The notes under the pieces are model-generated. The model was not told where the DNA came from. It did not search any database and was given only the letters and a program-made list of their open reading frames with translations. A stretch of DNA of 51,354 nt from a virus: IMG/VR virus record IMGVR_UViG_3300005611_000041; one strand, 5' to 3'. Positions 50,766 to 51,354 of this stretch are shown here, in pieces. Every line of letters begins with the position of its first letter. Positions within the stretch are counted from its first letter, which is position 1. The translations under genes were made by a program, and so were the position numbers.

Positions 50766-51354
50766 TAGTTGTTCTCCAGTTGAGTGATTCGTGCGGTTAG
50801 TGATTCAATTAGGGCTTGCTGTTCTTGGATTGCTTTGACCATTGACGGAATCATGTCGCCCATTTTTAAAGCAAGTTTAGTTTCTTCATCTGTATACCTG
50901 TATTCATGTACAAGTTCCGGCAAAACACTTTCGACCTCTTGAGCCACAAAGCCCATAATGTCGTTACCGTCACCGTTCTTCCAATCAAACCGTCGTGGTT
51001 GTAATGCAAGAACAGTATCCAGTCCCTTGTCTAAATCACGGATGTTTTCTTTTAAAGATTCGTCTGAAATTGCCTGAATACTTGTATTGGTAGCATTAAT
51101 CGTGCCAGCGTTTGTTACATAAAACCTATACACGCCTGCGCTGGTAGAATACATATTTAAAAAATCACCAGCAGAAGCGGCATTAATCTGACCGTTTGGC
51201 CTTAACTCTGGCCCTAAAGTTGTTCCAGACACGGATGTTTTACCAACCAACAAGTTGCCGCTGGAGTCGATGCGCATGCGTTCACCAAGAGACCCACTCA
51301 ACGAGGTTTGCAAGCTCAAATAGCCGTCTTCGGCTCCATTCGTATTATCTTCGA
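50765..51354 (-). CDS. Tail fibre C-terminal part with a peptidase S74 intramolecular-chaperone domain (continuation of 1..1569)
   Basis: SDESLKENIRDLDKGLDTVLALQPRRFDWKNG...GFVAQEVESVLPELV...MVKAIQEQQALIESL is the classic S74 autoproteolytic chaperone signature. The frame is open to the window end. Confidence 0.9.
   Translation of the reverse strand, partial: EDNTNGAEDGYLSLQTSLSGSLGERMRIDSSGNLLVGKTSVSGTTLGPELRPNGQINAASAGDFLNMYSTSAGVYRFYVTNAGTINATNTSIQAISDESLKENIRDLDKGLDTVLALQPRRFDWKNGDGNDIMGFVAQEVESVLPELVHEYRYTDEETKLALKMGDMIPSMVKAIQEQQALIESLTARITQLENN
51278..51354. repeat. Terminal overlap, identical to 1..77
   Basis: See the first feature. Confidence 0.9.

Noticed and set aside
1-51354. 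Prophage boundaries or host flanking DNA
   Set aside because: The sequence closes on itself and every region is phage-like. No att-flanked host genes are present, so the lysogeny status cannot be read from this window.

Overview
The window is a complete, circularly closed dsDNA tailed-phage genome. Bases 1-77 are identical to 51278-51354, so the unique length is 51277 bp, and the cut falls inside the tail-fibre gene. The layout looks podovirus-like. About 85 tightly packed genes lie mostly on the minus strand, many linked by ATGA/GTGA/TAATG start-stop overlaps. Four short plus-strand islands interrupt them at 4.1-5.8 kb, 14.5-16.9 kb, 19.5-19.9 kb and 38.3-38.8 kb.

Modules recognised:
- Early region: divergent control region at ~4.0 kb, small serine recombinase, GNAT acetyltransferase.
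- Replication and recombination: Toprim/VirE-type primase-NTPase, SSB-like protein ending in DDIPF, RecE-like PD-(D/E)XK exonuclease, Hjc-like resolvase, candidate iteron/AT-rich origin.
- Packaging: terS at 11.4 kb is far from terL and portal at 43-47 kb.
- Head: scaffold, decoration-like protein, major capsid protein.
- Tail: adaptor and tail-tube-like proteins, followed by four large internal/ejection-type proteins.
- Fibre: a tail fibre with a C-terminal S74 intramolecular-chaperone domain.
- Lysis: membrane protein with an EF-hand, i-spanin, lipoprotein, GH24 endolysin, all directly upstream of terL.

I could not recognise any DNA polymerase, RNA polymerase, tRNA, CRISPR array or reverse transcriptase.

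The most unusual signals are regulatory or architectural:
- a ~40-bp promoter/operator/leader cassette present six times;
- GCCGC-RTAA-GCGGC hairpins that hold the stop codon in their loop;
- strong enrichment of proteins ending in Ala-Ala;
- a canonical EF-hand loop in a holin-position membrane protein;
- a truncated serine recombinase next to repeat-built fibre genes;
- a Rossmann-type enzyme inside the tail operon;
- a 445-bp structured non-coding region after terS.

All family names come from reading motifs by eye and from memory; no database search was run. The ORF track uses the longest ORFs with alternative start codons, so many starts were trimmed to the start that has an SD or a coupling signal.
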